Assembly (NCBI GenBank): GCA_029287855.1
Contig: JARFQI010000063.1
Span: 1 to 44,318 of the forward strand
Origin: Arenicellales bacterium
GTDB taxonomy: Bacteria > Pseudomonadota > Gammaproteobacteria > BMS3Bbin11
Length of the DNA stretch: 44,318 nucleotides
Direction of reading: 5' to 3'
Shown here: piece after piece, positions 30,112 to 37,876 of the stretch
Layout of the letters: the number at the start of each line of letters is the position of its first letter
Numbering within the stretch: position 1 is the first letter of the stretch
Notes under the pieces: generated by a model
Database searches by the model: none
Told to the model about the DNA's origin: nothing
The model's input: only the letters and a program-made list of their open reading frames with translations
Translations under genes and position numbers: made by a program

Positions 30112-31029
30112 ATGCGCTTTATATTGGCTTTAATACTCATACTGCCATCTCCATTTATCTGGGCGAAAGATTATTCACACCTGCATAAACGAGTTATTCA
30201 CCAGGACAGGCTTCTTTTACCAACTAATATTGAAAAAATTGGTGACCAGTATTTTATTGTTGATTGCTATAACAACAGGGTTATATATTCAGAAAAAATA
30301 GACACTCCTCTCGCCAAATGGGACAGGCTCGGCGCAGACATTCCTATGTCCTGGCCGCATTCAATCGCCTCCGATGGTCACTTTTACCTGGTAGACGATA
30401 CATACCAGAATAGACTGCTAATTTTTAAGCGAGAGGGAACAGCGTATACGTTCCATAAAGCGTTTAGCGATATCTCAAAGACTCCACACAGGGTGATATA
30501 TGACGATGCCACTAATGCCTTTTATCTACTTGGTGCGTGGTCACAGACAATAACAAAATTAGTGTCCAGGAATGATGATGTCGAGATTGAATACACAAAA
30601 AAAATGGATTTTCTTAAAGGGAAATACAGCCGGTCAATTCATATCATCGATGGCCTTATGTATTTCATCTCCGGCCCGGGAAAGATCAACGCCGTCAGAT
30701 ATAAAGATGATAGCTATGAAGTCGTAAGATCGTCTGTTGTCCCTGATGGATTTGAAAGTATGAACGATATTGTCAGGGTTGGTGATTATTTTTACCTGAC
30801 AGCTACAAGAAAAAAGATGCTTAAATGTAAATCACTGGATGACCACTCAAGTTGCGAAGATGTGTATGATAGTCTTGGCATAAAAGGAAACCCATATTAC
30901 TTCAGCTATTTTGATGATGCATTTTATCTAACTGAGATTAGTTCGGGTGATGGAATTATTAAATTTGATCACGATAATGACGGATTGAAAAATCCTGTTT
31001 ATTTTCATCGTCCTGAACCTCCCCACTGA
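30112..31029 (+). CDS. secreted repeat protein, probable six-bladed beta-propeller (NHL/SGL-like)
   Basis: Signal peptide MRFILALILILPSPFIWA. Six spaced repeats have the form (G)D.(F)Y(L/I)(V/T)D....N+(L/V): GDQYFIVDCYNNRVIY, DGHFYLVDDTYQNRLLIF, NAFYLLGA, DGLMYFISG, GDYFYLTA and DDAFYLTE. Confidence 0.6.
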   Translation: MRFILALILILPSPFIWAKDYSHLHKRVIHQDRLLLPTNIEKIGDQYFIVDCYNNRVIYSEKIDTPLAKWDRLGADIPMSWPHSIASDGHFYLVDDTYQNRLLIFKREGTAYTFHKAFSDISKTPHRVIYDDATNAFYLLGAWSQTITKLVSRNDDVEIEYTKKMDFLKGKYSRSIHIIDGLMYFISGPGKINAVRYKDDSYEVVRSSVVPDGFESMNDIVRVGDYFYLTATRKKMLKCKSLDDHSSCEDVYDSLGIKGNPYYFSYFDDAFYLTEISSGDGIIKFDHDNDGLKNPVYFHRPEPPH

Positions 31030-31234
31030 TCCAGATTTTTCTGTGATCAAGGCTGGCTTTCTATCAGCGCACGCCCTGAGAAGAAATCTCTGAGTCGCTT
31101 TCCGCCCTAAGCGGTTGATTCAAAATATACCCTTCCTTGGTATTGATGACTAGAGGACGCCGATACAGATTCAGACTACCAGTTAAATTCAGAGCGGTGT
31201 GATTAAAAATGTTCTTTCTGTTTATGAAATGCCA

Positions 31235-31807
31235 TTATTTCTCACTGTTCTGCTCATCTTCAGGCAGTAAATTGGCAATCCCTCTTTTCAGGGTCTTGAT
31301 CGCATCAGGTGCTTCAATATCAATGACCTGTGTAGTGACCCATTTCTTTTGTCTCTCTCCCATTACAGCGGTAACGTTTTCACCAAAATAGCGCAGCATG
31401 GGAAATGACGGACCGCTTTCATCGCTGTAACCGAAACGAGCATACTCATTCATGCGCATATTTAGTGTATTGATCAATTCAGGCTTATATTCGCCGTTGC
31501 CAAGAAAGTCTTCCATATTGTCCTGCATGGTTTGCGCCATTGCTTTCGCCATTGCAGAGATAAACACCGCACGCTCTTCCTCGTCCATGCGCTCATACAT
31601 CATGCGATCTGTGATATGGATCAGAAATGCAGCAAATTCCCAGATAATGGCCAGGCGTTGTACCTGGGTGTCTGTCTGGAAATCATTGTTTTCAAGCTCC
31701 AGTACGGCCTGGGTGCAGATACGCCAGGCGATAAAGGCAACGACGCCAGCTATTTCCTCAGGTGAACGGTCACGATTCTTGGCGCTCCACTTACTACGAA
31801 TTCTCAC
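31235..31807 (-). CDS. hypothetical protein, 190 aa
   Basis: ATG-initiated soluble ORF, divergent from the 349-aa gene across a 79-bp spacer. I recognise no motif. Confidence 0.55.
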   Translation of the reverse strand: MRIRSKWSAKNRDRSPEEIAGVVAFIAWRICTQAVLELENNDFQTDTQVQRLAIIWEFAAFLIHITDRMMYERMDEEERAVFISAMAKAMAQTMQDNMEDFLGNGEYKPELINTLNMRMNEYARFGYSDESGPSFPMLRYFGENVTAVMGERQKKWVTTQVIDIEAPDAIKTLKRGIANLLPEDEQNSEK

Positions 31808-31886
31808 AATAAACTCCCGTAATTTTTCAAGTAGCTTATTCTACAATAAGTCGTATGATTGATGAGAATAACGACACAGGTTGTGT

Positions 31887-32930
31887 ATGGACTTAGAATT
31901 AAGAAAACTGCAGCAGCATGTGCAGCACAATTGCCACATTTCTGATGCAACACATGCTGGAAATTATACGCTGTGCATTTATTTGCTGAAAATGCGTGAG
32001 TATTACCGCTGGGAGCATGCGATGGGTTTCGATGATCGCATTGAGAATGACAACATCGGTAAATGGCTGACTGATCGTGAATCACTGTGGGAAACCCTCG
32101 AGGAATCACAATTTAGAAAATTGTCGATAGGTGATAAGGAATTTGAACCTTTTGATATAGACGCGATTAACGATGCTTTGCAGCCAGAAAACCTTGTCTA
32201 CAGCGCAGGCTACATACTACGTGGCAAGCCGCATTTCTTTCTAGCTGATATAGACCAGGTGCATGAACACGATGAGTACAGGATTATTGTCAGCGGCAGG
32301 GAATACGCACGTGAACTATCAGCGCCACCGGCACTGAGCCAGGGCGGGACAATTTTTATTCGCAGTGAATCATTGCGCCGCACTGTCTGGGAAAAGGTTG
32401 AAGAAAGTCTCTGGAATACGCAGCAGTCACCGCTGGTTCGTGCTATTGCCTGTTATGATTTTAAAAACAACCTGCAGCAAAGCCTTGCACTGATGTGTGA
32501 CAGGGAGATAGACACCCTGGTGGCCCATGAGGTCGGTGAGATCACGGCGGGTAAACAACTGGGAGAGTCCTGGCAGGAGATGATAAGTGCTGCAGATCAT
32601 CCGCCACTTGAACTGATGCTGCGCTCAATCAGGGACAACCTGGCAGACTGTATCATGACTATACCGGATATCATTGAGAACCTGGAACCGGCCCGCCTGC
32701 ATTTCTATATCGCTAATATTGGAAATATGCGAAAGGCGCTCTTCCCTGCCCTGCGTGAAGCCTATGATTGCTGGCTGGAAGATAATTCAACGGCACATCT
32801 GCAGCAAGTGGCAGACAAAGGTAAGGATCACTGGTTGTCAGTGGCAAAAAATCTGCAGGATATGTTTCAGAAAGAAGGTAAAATAAAGAAACAGGCTTTT
32901 CAGGAATTCATTGAATCACAAGCTTATTGA
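31887..32930 (+). CDS. hypothetical protein, about 347 aa
   Basis: Long ORF. I prefer the ATG at 31887 over the TTG at 31881 in the ORF track. It has a Cys/His-containing N-terminus (HNCHISDATHAGNYTLC) and no motif I can name. Confidence 0.6.
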   Translation: MDLELRKLQQHVQHNCHISDATHAGNYTLCIYLLKMREYYRWEHAMGFDDRIENDNIGKWLTDRESLWETLEESQFRKLSIGDKEFEPFDIDAINDALQPENLVYSAGYILRGKPHFFLADIDQVHEHDEYRIIVSGREYARELSAPPALSQGGTIFIRSESLRRTVWEKVEESLWNTQQSPLVRAIACYDFKNNLQQSLALMCDREIDTLVAHEVGEITAGKQLGESWQEMISAADHPPLELMLRSIRDNLADCIMTIPDIIENLEPARLHFYIANIGNMRKALFPALREAYDCWLEDNSTAHLQQVADKGKDHWLSVAKNLQDMFQKEGKIKKQAFQEFIESQAY

Positions 32931-32996
32931 ATCAGCGAAGCAGGAATCAAGCATAAGATACTCCCGAGTAACCAGGCGAATTATTTCATTAATCTC

Positions 32997-33602
32997 ATGA
33001 ACCATACCCCTACTTCTACAGAACTGAAAACAATCCGGGAAATCATTCCCAATAGCTTTATCTTCGAAAAGCTAAATGCACTGCCAGCCGAGTTATGCGA
33101 TGAAATGATTCGTCGATTTGAGGCCAGCGAAGATGAGCAGTATCCAGGGCGGATAGGTCAGACCGTATCCAGTGACCAGAGCGTTAAAAAAACCACTGAC
33201 CTGGTAGTCAGCGGCAAACCAGAGTGGAAAGACATTGATCGCGCCCTGTTTCAGTCACTCGGCCGCGCGATTCTTGAATTCAGGGAGAAGTACATCTACT
33301 TCAAGGGCCCTTTCAAGGATATGGGTTATAATCTGCAGCGCTATAATCCCGGCGAGTATTATCACTGGCATATTGATGGCGGCAGCCATGATTTCAGCCA
33401 GCGGCAGCTGGTGGCCCTCTGGTATCTAAATGATGTCGACGGCCCCGGTGGTGAAACAGAGTTTCTATTTCAGGATGCCAAAATCAAACCCGAGCGTGGT
33501 AAGCTGGTACTGTTCCCGCCCTTCTGGACGCATGAGCACCGGGCCGTCGAACTGGAAAAAGGCGTTAAATATATTGCTACAACCTGGGTTGTTTTTGCCT
33601 AG
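32997..33602 (+). CDS. 2OG-Fe(II) oxygenase superfamily protein (prolyl-4-hydroxylase-like)
   Basis: The HxD...H facial triad (YHWHIDGG ... FWTHEHRAV) is embedded in a jelly-roll-like C-terminal half (LWYLNDVDGPGGETEF...GKLVLFP). Confidence 0.75.
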   Translation: MNHTPTSTELKTIREIIPNSFIFEKLNALPAELCDEMIRRFEASEDEQYPGRIGQTVSSDQSVKKTTDLVVSGKPEWKDIDRALFQSLGRAILEFREKYIYFKGPFKDMGYNLQRYNPGEYYHWHIDGGSHDFSQRQLVALWYLNDVDGPGGETEFLFQDAKIKPERGKLVLFPPFWTHEHRAVELEKGVKYIATTWVVFA

Positions 33603-33698
33603 CAGTCGTTCTCGACTCACCAGCCCTTAGAGGTTTAATGCGAGGATATTACATGAACACTTCTGTTCAAATCGTATGTATTACTTATCCACATAAAG

Positions 33699-34106
33699 TT
33701 GATTAACAGTATTAAATCTATCATTGGCGGTTTTCTTGCCATTATTGTTATGGGGTTGATCGCACAACTGATTATTTTATTCGTTGGTGTGGGATATTTC
33801 AGCCTGGTAAAAAAGTTTCCTTCACTTTCGTTTATTAGTGAATTTACGACTATCTTGCTGTTTGCAGTAACGGCAGTCGTGGCTTTTATCGGCGGATTAT
33901 TCACTGCCAAACTGGCACGTCAAGCCGTTGCTCTTCATTGTTTGATTGTGGGTTCTATGGCAGGCGCGTTAACGCTTGTTCCATCACTGATCAATGGTTA
34001 TGAGATCACAACTAATGGTATTGTTTTTCTGATTATTTTTTTAGTGGCAACCATTGCCGGTGGACTGTACTGGAAAAAGCAGCAGAGTTTGGTTGATGAC
34101 ACATAA
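33699..34106 (+). CDS. small integral membrane protein (about 4 TM helices)
   Basis: Four hydrophobic stretches. The start is uncertain: TTG at 33699 or the internal ATG at aa 17. Confidence 0.5.
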   Translation: MINSIKSIIGGFLAIIVMGLIAQLIILFVGVGYFSLVKKFPSLSFISEFTTILLFAVTAVVAFIGGLFTAKLARQAVALHCLIVGSMAGALTLVPSLINGYEITTNGIVFLIIFLVATIAGGLYWKKQQSLVDDT

Positions 34107-34366
34107 TTCTGTATCAGATACTCCGACCTAGTTGATCCAATAATAAACCAAGAAAAATGCCTTCTCAGGTGGTTATCAGAATGCCGATGATATGGTCTCC
34201 TACACATATGCAAGAAATCTGTAGCGGGGGAAGTCCAGACTCAATTTAGATGCTTCGCCAAATCAAGGCAAGACCAAATAGTGGTAGTTGTAGTAAACCT
34301 GATAAAAACAGATCTTACTGAACTATAAGAAGAAAATCGTGACTCGGCAAAACCAGAAAGTTGGCC

Positions 34367-34564
34367 TTAAAAATTTGCTTCAGTGCGAATTTCAGAATAA
34401 ATTTTTTCCAAAATCTTCTGGTCGTACATAGTATCTCTACCCAGGGTAGTCACCATTGCATCGTAAGTCGCCTTATTTTGTCTATCCATAAACACTGATT
34501 TAACACCGTCAATGTCTTCTTCCAGCCATTTCACTGTCAAAAATGCATAAATTGATGTTTTCAT
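34367..34564 (-). CDS. possible small hypothetical protein (65 aa)
   Basis: ORF with ATG at 34564 (TTG at 34570 in the ORF track) and a weak ribosome-binding site. It lies in an AT-rich context. Confidence 0.3.
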   Translation of the reverse strand: MKTSIYAFLTVKWLEEDIDGVKSVFMDRQNKATYDAMVTTLGRDTMYDQKILEKIYSEIRTEANF

Positions 34565-34806
34565 TTTCAATATTCCAAAGAACGAAGTAAAAAGTTGAGA
34601 AGAATATTCAATACCAGCCTTATTTTTTAGACTTTACTAAATAAATATTACAATAATATGTCAGGGTAAAAAAACCTTATAAAAGTGCTAGATACAGAAG
34701 AAACAGTATATTCATCAGTTTCATTTATATCTATTGTGGAAAGTACTTAATCGGGTAAGCCTGTCGGGATGCCTATTTGAGGTTGCGTCGAGCATCGGTT
34801 TTTATT

Positions 34807-34825
34807 GTGGAGACGCTATCTCCAC
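34807..34825. repeat. inverted repeat / hairpin
   Basis: GTGGAGA-CGCTA-TCTCCAC forms a perfect 7-bp stem. Confidence 0.6.
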
Positions 34826-34835
34826 AGCCGAAACC

Positions 34836-34867
34836 AGTAAATGATCATTCTGTTGCAATCATTTACT
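34836..34867. repeat. inverted repeat / hairpin
   Basis: AGTAAATGAT-(12 nt)-ATCATTTACT forms a perfect 10-bp stem. Confidence 0.65.
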
Positions 34868-34907
34868 AACTGGTTATCGATACCAAGATTTTGCCTGGGT
34901 TTACTTT

Positions 34908-34926
34908 CCCCTCCCCCCCCTTTTTT
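34908..34926. repeat. homopolymer tract C4-T-C8-T6
   Basis: Read directly as CCCCTCCCCCCCCTTTTTT, about 130 bp upstream of the DUF2062 gene start. Confidence 0.9.
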
Positions 34927-35053
34927 AAGTGATAGCAGGTGTTATTTACAAAATACCCTGTTTCCTGAAAGTCCTTTTTATACAGCATCGAGTTGTTTGT
35001 TAAATTATTCATAAATCAGGTGAAATCTGATAATCGGGTGATATACTGTTTTG

Positions 35054-35602
35054 ATGCCAAGGAAGTACATTAAGCGTTACCTGCCTGACCGCAAAAGTTT
35101 CCATGAAACGTCACAATTGCGGCCGTTCAAACGTTTTCTGCACCACCCCTGTTTATGGCACCTTAATCGACGGACTGTATCGGGTGCAGTCGCTATTGGC
35201 CTGTTCTGCGCATACCTGCCAATGCCAATGGAAATGCTCGTTGCCGCAGCACTCTCCATTATTTTAAAAGTGAATCTGCCTATTTCGGTCTCACTGGTAT
35301 GGATCTCCAACCCGGTTACATGGGTTCCTATGTATGGTGCAGGCTATTTACTGGGAGCGAAGATACTGGGCATGGAAGCAGTCAAATTTGATGACATGAC
35401 GATGACCTGGCTGATGTCACAGGTTGTCCCATTATGGCTAGGTTCATTAATCCTGGGGAGCTTAGCTGCCCTGGCCGGTTACCTGATTACCAGAGGACTG
35501 TGGCGACTTTACGCTATTCAACACTGGCAAAAACGCCGGAACCGTAAAGAAATGCTTCGTCACCCGGAAAGCATAGAAGTCATCACTAAAGATAGCATAT
35601 GA
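35054..35602 (+). CDS. DUF2062-family inner-membrane protein
   Basis: The N-terminus MPRKYIKRYLPDRKSFHE...RFLHHPCLWHLNRRTVSGAVAIGLFCAYLPMP and the following TM helices match the DUF2062 pattern. ATG at 35054 is preferred over TTG at 35051. Confidence 0.72.
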   Translation: MPRKYIKRYLPDRKSFHETSQLRPFKRFLHHPCLWHLNRRTVSGAVAIGLFCAYLPMPMEMLVAAALSIILKVNLPISVSLVWISNPVTWVPMYGAGYLLGAKILGMEAVKFDDMTMTWLMSQVVPLWLGSLILGSLAALAGYLITRGLWRLYAIQHWQKRRNRKEMLRHPESIEVITKDSI

Positions 35603-35609
35603 GTAAATG

Positions 35610-35631
35610 GCTGGATGCATACAAATCCAGC
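35610..35631. terminator. hairpin between the convergent DUF2062 gene and lolD (weak bidirectional terminator candidate)
   Basis: GCTGGAT-GCATACAA-ATCCAGC forms a 7-bp stem, but there is no clear T-run. Confidence 0.3.
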
Positions 35632-35641
35632 ACTCAAACAT

Positions 35642-36334
35642 TCAGATATCTTTAAGCACCCCATCGTCGAGCGTACAGATCCGGTTCATGCTTTCAGCAA
35701 GGCGCTGGTCATGGGTCACGATCACAAAAGCAGTGTCGTTTTCCTGGTTCAGTTCCAGCATCAGCGAATAGACAGATTCCGCCATCTTGCGGTCAAGGTT
35801 ACCAGTCGGCTCATCAGCCAGGATGCACAGTGGTTTAGTAACCATGGCACGGGCCAGTGCTGCGCGTTGACGCTCGCCGCCGGATAATTCACCGGGTTTG
35901 TGATCTAACCGATGTGACAGGCCGACACGGCCAAGAATCTCTGCTGCCTGCTGCAATGCCTGCCTGCTCTCAAGACGACGGATCAGCAATGGCATGGCGA
36001 CATTTTCCTGTGCGGTGAATTCAGGCAACAGGTGATGGAACTGGTAGACAAAACCCAGGCTGCGGTTGCGCAACTGCCCACGCTCTGCCTGTTTCAGTGA
36101 ATTAATATCGATACCGCCAACGTTAACAATCCCGGCAGTTGGCTCATCAAGTCCACCTAGCAGATGCAACAAGGTACTTTTACCCGATCCCGAGCTGCCT
36201 ATAATGGCGACCTGCTCTCCGGCAGCAATAGAGAAATTTATACCCTTCAGTACGGTTACATCTGCCGGACCTTCGGAAAAAGTCCGTTGCAGATCGATGC
36301 ATTCCAGCACCGGTTTTTTGCTCATTTCGATCAT
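35642..36334 (-). CDS. lolD: lipoprotein-releasing ABC transporter ATP-binding protein LolD
   Basis: Walker [10 protein letters not shown], signature LSGGERQR and Walker [12 protein letters not shown]. It lies immediately downstream of the LolC/E-type permease gene. Confidence 0.92.
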   Translation of the reverse strand: MIEMSKKPVLECIDLQRTFSEGPADVTVLKGINFSIAAGEQVAIIGSSGSGKSTLLHLLGGLDEPTAGIVNVGGIDINSLKQAERGQLRNRSLGFVYQFHHLLPEFTAQENVAMPLLIRRLESRQALQQAAEILGRVGLSHRLDHKPGELSGGERQRAALARAMVTKPLCILADEPTGNLDRKMAESVYSLMLELNQENDTAFVIVTHDQRLAESMNRICTLDDGVLKDI

Positions 36335-36340
36335 GACGCA

Positions 36341-37588
36341 CTACTCATAACGCAGAGCCTCGGCCGGCATCGTTCTGGAAGCGCGCCAGGCGGGATAAAT
36401 AGTCGCGAGTACAGACATGACGAATGACAACACGCCGATGACGGTGACATCATTCCAGTCAAGGCGGGAAGGAAATCCCGATATATAGTAGAGGTCAGGC
36501 GGCATAAACTGTACCTGGAAGAAGCTTTCAATTGCACCGACAATTGTCGAAACATTAAGCGCCAGGGAAATGCCGCCAGCCAGTCCCAGCAGGGTACCGA
36601 TAAAGCCAATGATCGTCCCCTGGTAGATAAACACAGACATAATGTTGCCCGGGCTCATACCGAGCGTGCGGAGGATCGCGATGTCCGCCTGTTTGTCTGT
36701 AACAACCATAACCAGTGTAGACACCAGGTTGAAGGCGGCGACGGCGACTATCAGCATGAGAATGACAAACATGACGTTCTTCTCTATCTTCAGCGCACGG
36801 AAAAAGCTCACATGCTCCTGGGTCCAGTTTCTTACCCGGTAATCTGAGTCCAGCTGTTTTGCAAAATCCAGAGAAAATAATGGTGCGGCATCAATATCAT
36901 CCAGCTTCAGACGTAAACCGGTTACGCCATCGCCCAGGCGGTAAAGGGTCTGTGCGTCGGCCATGTCGATCAGCACCAGGCCGCTGTCATACTCGTACAT
37001 CCCCGCTTCGAACACACCGGCGATGGTGAATCGTTTCATACGCGGCAGAATACCGGCCGCTGTCACTGACGCCTGTGGTGCCATCAGTGTCACCTTGTCA
37101 CCGACCCAAACGCCCAGCGACAATGCCAGTTCCTTGCCCAGGATAATACGGTATTCACCGGCTGCAAGGTCGTCAAGATTACCGCCTTTCATGTTCTCGC
37201 CAAGGCTGGAAACAGTAGCTTCTTCTGTGGGCAAAATACCACGCACCATGACACCGCTGCTTTTGCCATGCACCGTTAACAACCCCTGGGCCAGCACGTA
37301 AGGAGCACTGCCAAGAACACCCTCTTTGATAGCCGCTTTTTTCTGCACCGACTGCCAGTCTGTCAATTCACCGCCATAGCCAGTCACCGTAACGTGGGCA
37401 GCTACTGAAAGAATTCGACCCCGCAACTCCTCACCGAAACCGTTCATTACAGACAGCACAGTTATCAGCGCCGTAACACCGAGGGCGGTGCCTAACATCG
37501 AGGCAAGAGAGATAAATGAAATGAAATGATTACGCCGCTTGGCACGGGTATACCGCAGGCCGATGAAAAGTTCCAGAGGGCGGATCAT
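36341..37588 (-). CDS. lolC: lipoprotein-releasing ABC transporter permease (LolC/LolE/LolF family)
   Basis: 415-aa ORF with the MacB-type topology: LELFIGLRYTRAKRRNHFISFIS N-terminus, a large periplasmic loop and a C-terminal FtsX domain. Confidence 0.9.
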   Translation of the reverse strand: MIRPLELFIGLRYTRAKRRNHFISFISLASMLGTALGVTALITVLSVMNGFGEELRGRILSVAAHVTVTGYGGELTDWQSVQKKAAIKEGVLGSAPYVLAQGLLTVHGKSSGVMVRGILPTEEATVSSLGENMKGGNLDDLAAGEYRIILGKELALSLGVWVGDKVTLMAPQASVTAAGILPRMKRFTIAGVFEAGMYEYDSGLVLIDMADAQTLYRLGDGVTGLRLKLDDIDAAPLFSLDFAKQLDSDYRVRNWTQEHVSFFRALKIEKNVMFVILMLIVAVAAFNLVSTLVMVVTDKQADIAILRTLGMSPGNIMSVFIYQGTIIGFIGTLLGLAGGISLALNVSTIVGAIESFFQVQFMPPDLYYISGFPSRLDWNDVTVIGVLSFVMSVLATIYPAWRASRTMPAEALRYE

Positions 37589-37620
37589 TGAATTTCAGAG
37601 GAAAGATATAAGGGGAAAGG

Positions 37621-37671
37621 GGAAAGGTTTAAGGGCAAGAACAAAAGGCAACCTGAATCGGTATTCCTATC
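37621..37671. repeat. direct repeat copy A (degenerate copy of the lysS terminator region)
   Basis: The core ACAAAAGGCAACCTGAATCGGTATTCCTATC (37641-37671) matches 37835-37865 at 28 of 31 positions. Similarity extends upstream to GGAAAG. Confidence 0.7.
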
Positions 37672-37718
37672 TCCCTTGCTGCTGAAACCTTGTTCTGGTG
37701 TTTCAATTCTATCGCGCC

Positions 37719-37800
37719 TATCGCGGCGAGGTGCCGCTTCCACAAAACCAGTTAAGCTGTTTGGCTCTATCATTGTAGGAGCCCCGCCCTCGGGGCGATA
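37719..37800. repeat. pair of REP-like elements in inverted orientation
   Basis: The reverse complement of 37719-37744 is TGTGGAAGCGGCACCTCGCCGCGATA. The forward strand at 37774-37800 is TGTAGGAGCCCCGCCCTCGGGGCGATA. Both have the layout TGTRGRA-[GC-rich 5-6 bp hairpin]-GATA. Confidence 0.55.
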
Positions 37801-37814
37801 AAAATTAAAAAAGT

Positions 37815-37865
37815 GGAAAGCTTAAAGCAAGAGCACAAAAGGAAACCTGAATCGGTTTTCCTTTC
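37815..37865. repeat. direct repeat copy B (overlaps the lysS terminator)
   Basis: See copy A. The core is ACAAAAGGAAACCTGAATCGGTTTTCCTTTC at 37835-37865. Confidence 0.7.
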
Positions 37866-37866
37866 A
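37836..37866 (-). terminator. probable intrinsic terminator of lysS
   Basis: The minus strand reads GAAAGGAAAACC-GATTCA-GGTTTCCTTTTG. This gives a stem of about 10 bp with one bulged A, ending in a T-run 11 nt after the lysS stop. Confidence 0.55.
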
Positions 37867-37876
37867 CCTGACATCA

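Noticed and set aside
31209-31391. 60-aa plus-strand ORF overlapping the 3' end of the 190-aa gene
   Set aside because: It is short and hydrophobic by chance, has no RBS, and is fully overlapped by a longer, better-supported ORF on the other strand.
33635-33910. 91-aa minus-strand ORF overlapping the 4-TM membrane-protein gene
   Set aside because: The plus-strand frame gives regular hydrophobic helices over 135 aa. The minus-strand product has no coherent features and would end inside the 2OG oxygenase downstream region.
37596-37630. Short tandem GGAAAG/GGGGAAAG units (gaggaaagatataaggggaaaggggaaagg) that could suggest a repeat array
   Set aside because: There are only two or three units of 7-8 nt with no spacers. 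This is far too short and irregular for a CRISPR array or a minisatellite, and is probably purine-rich upstream sequence of lolC.
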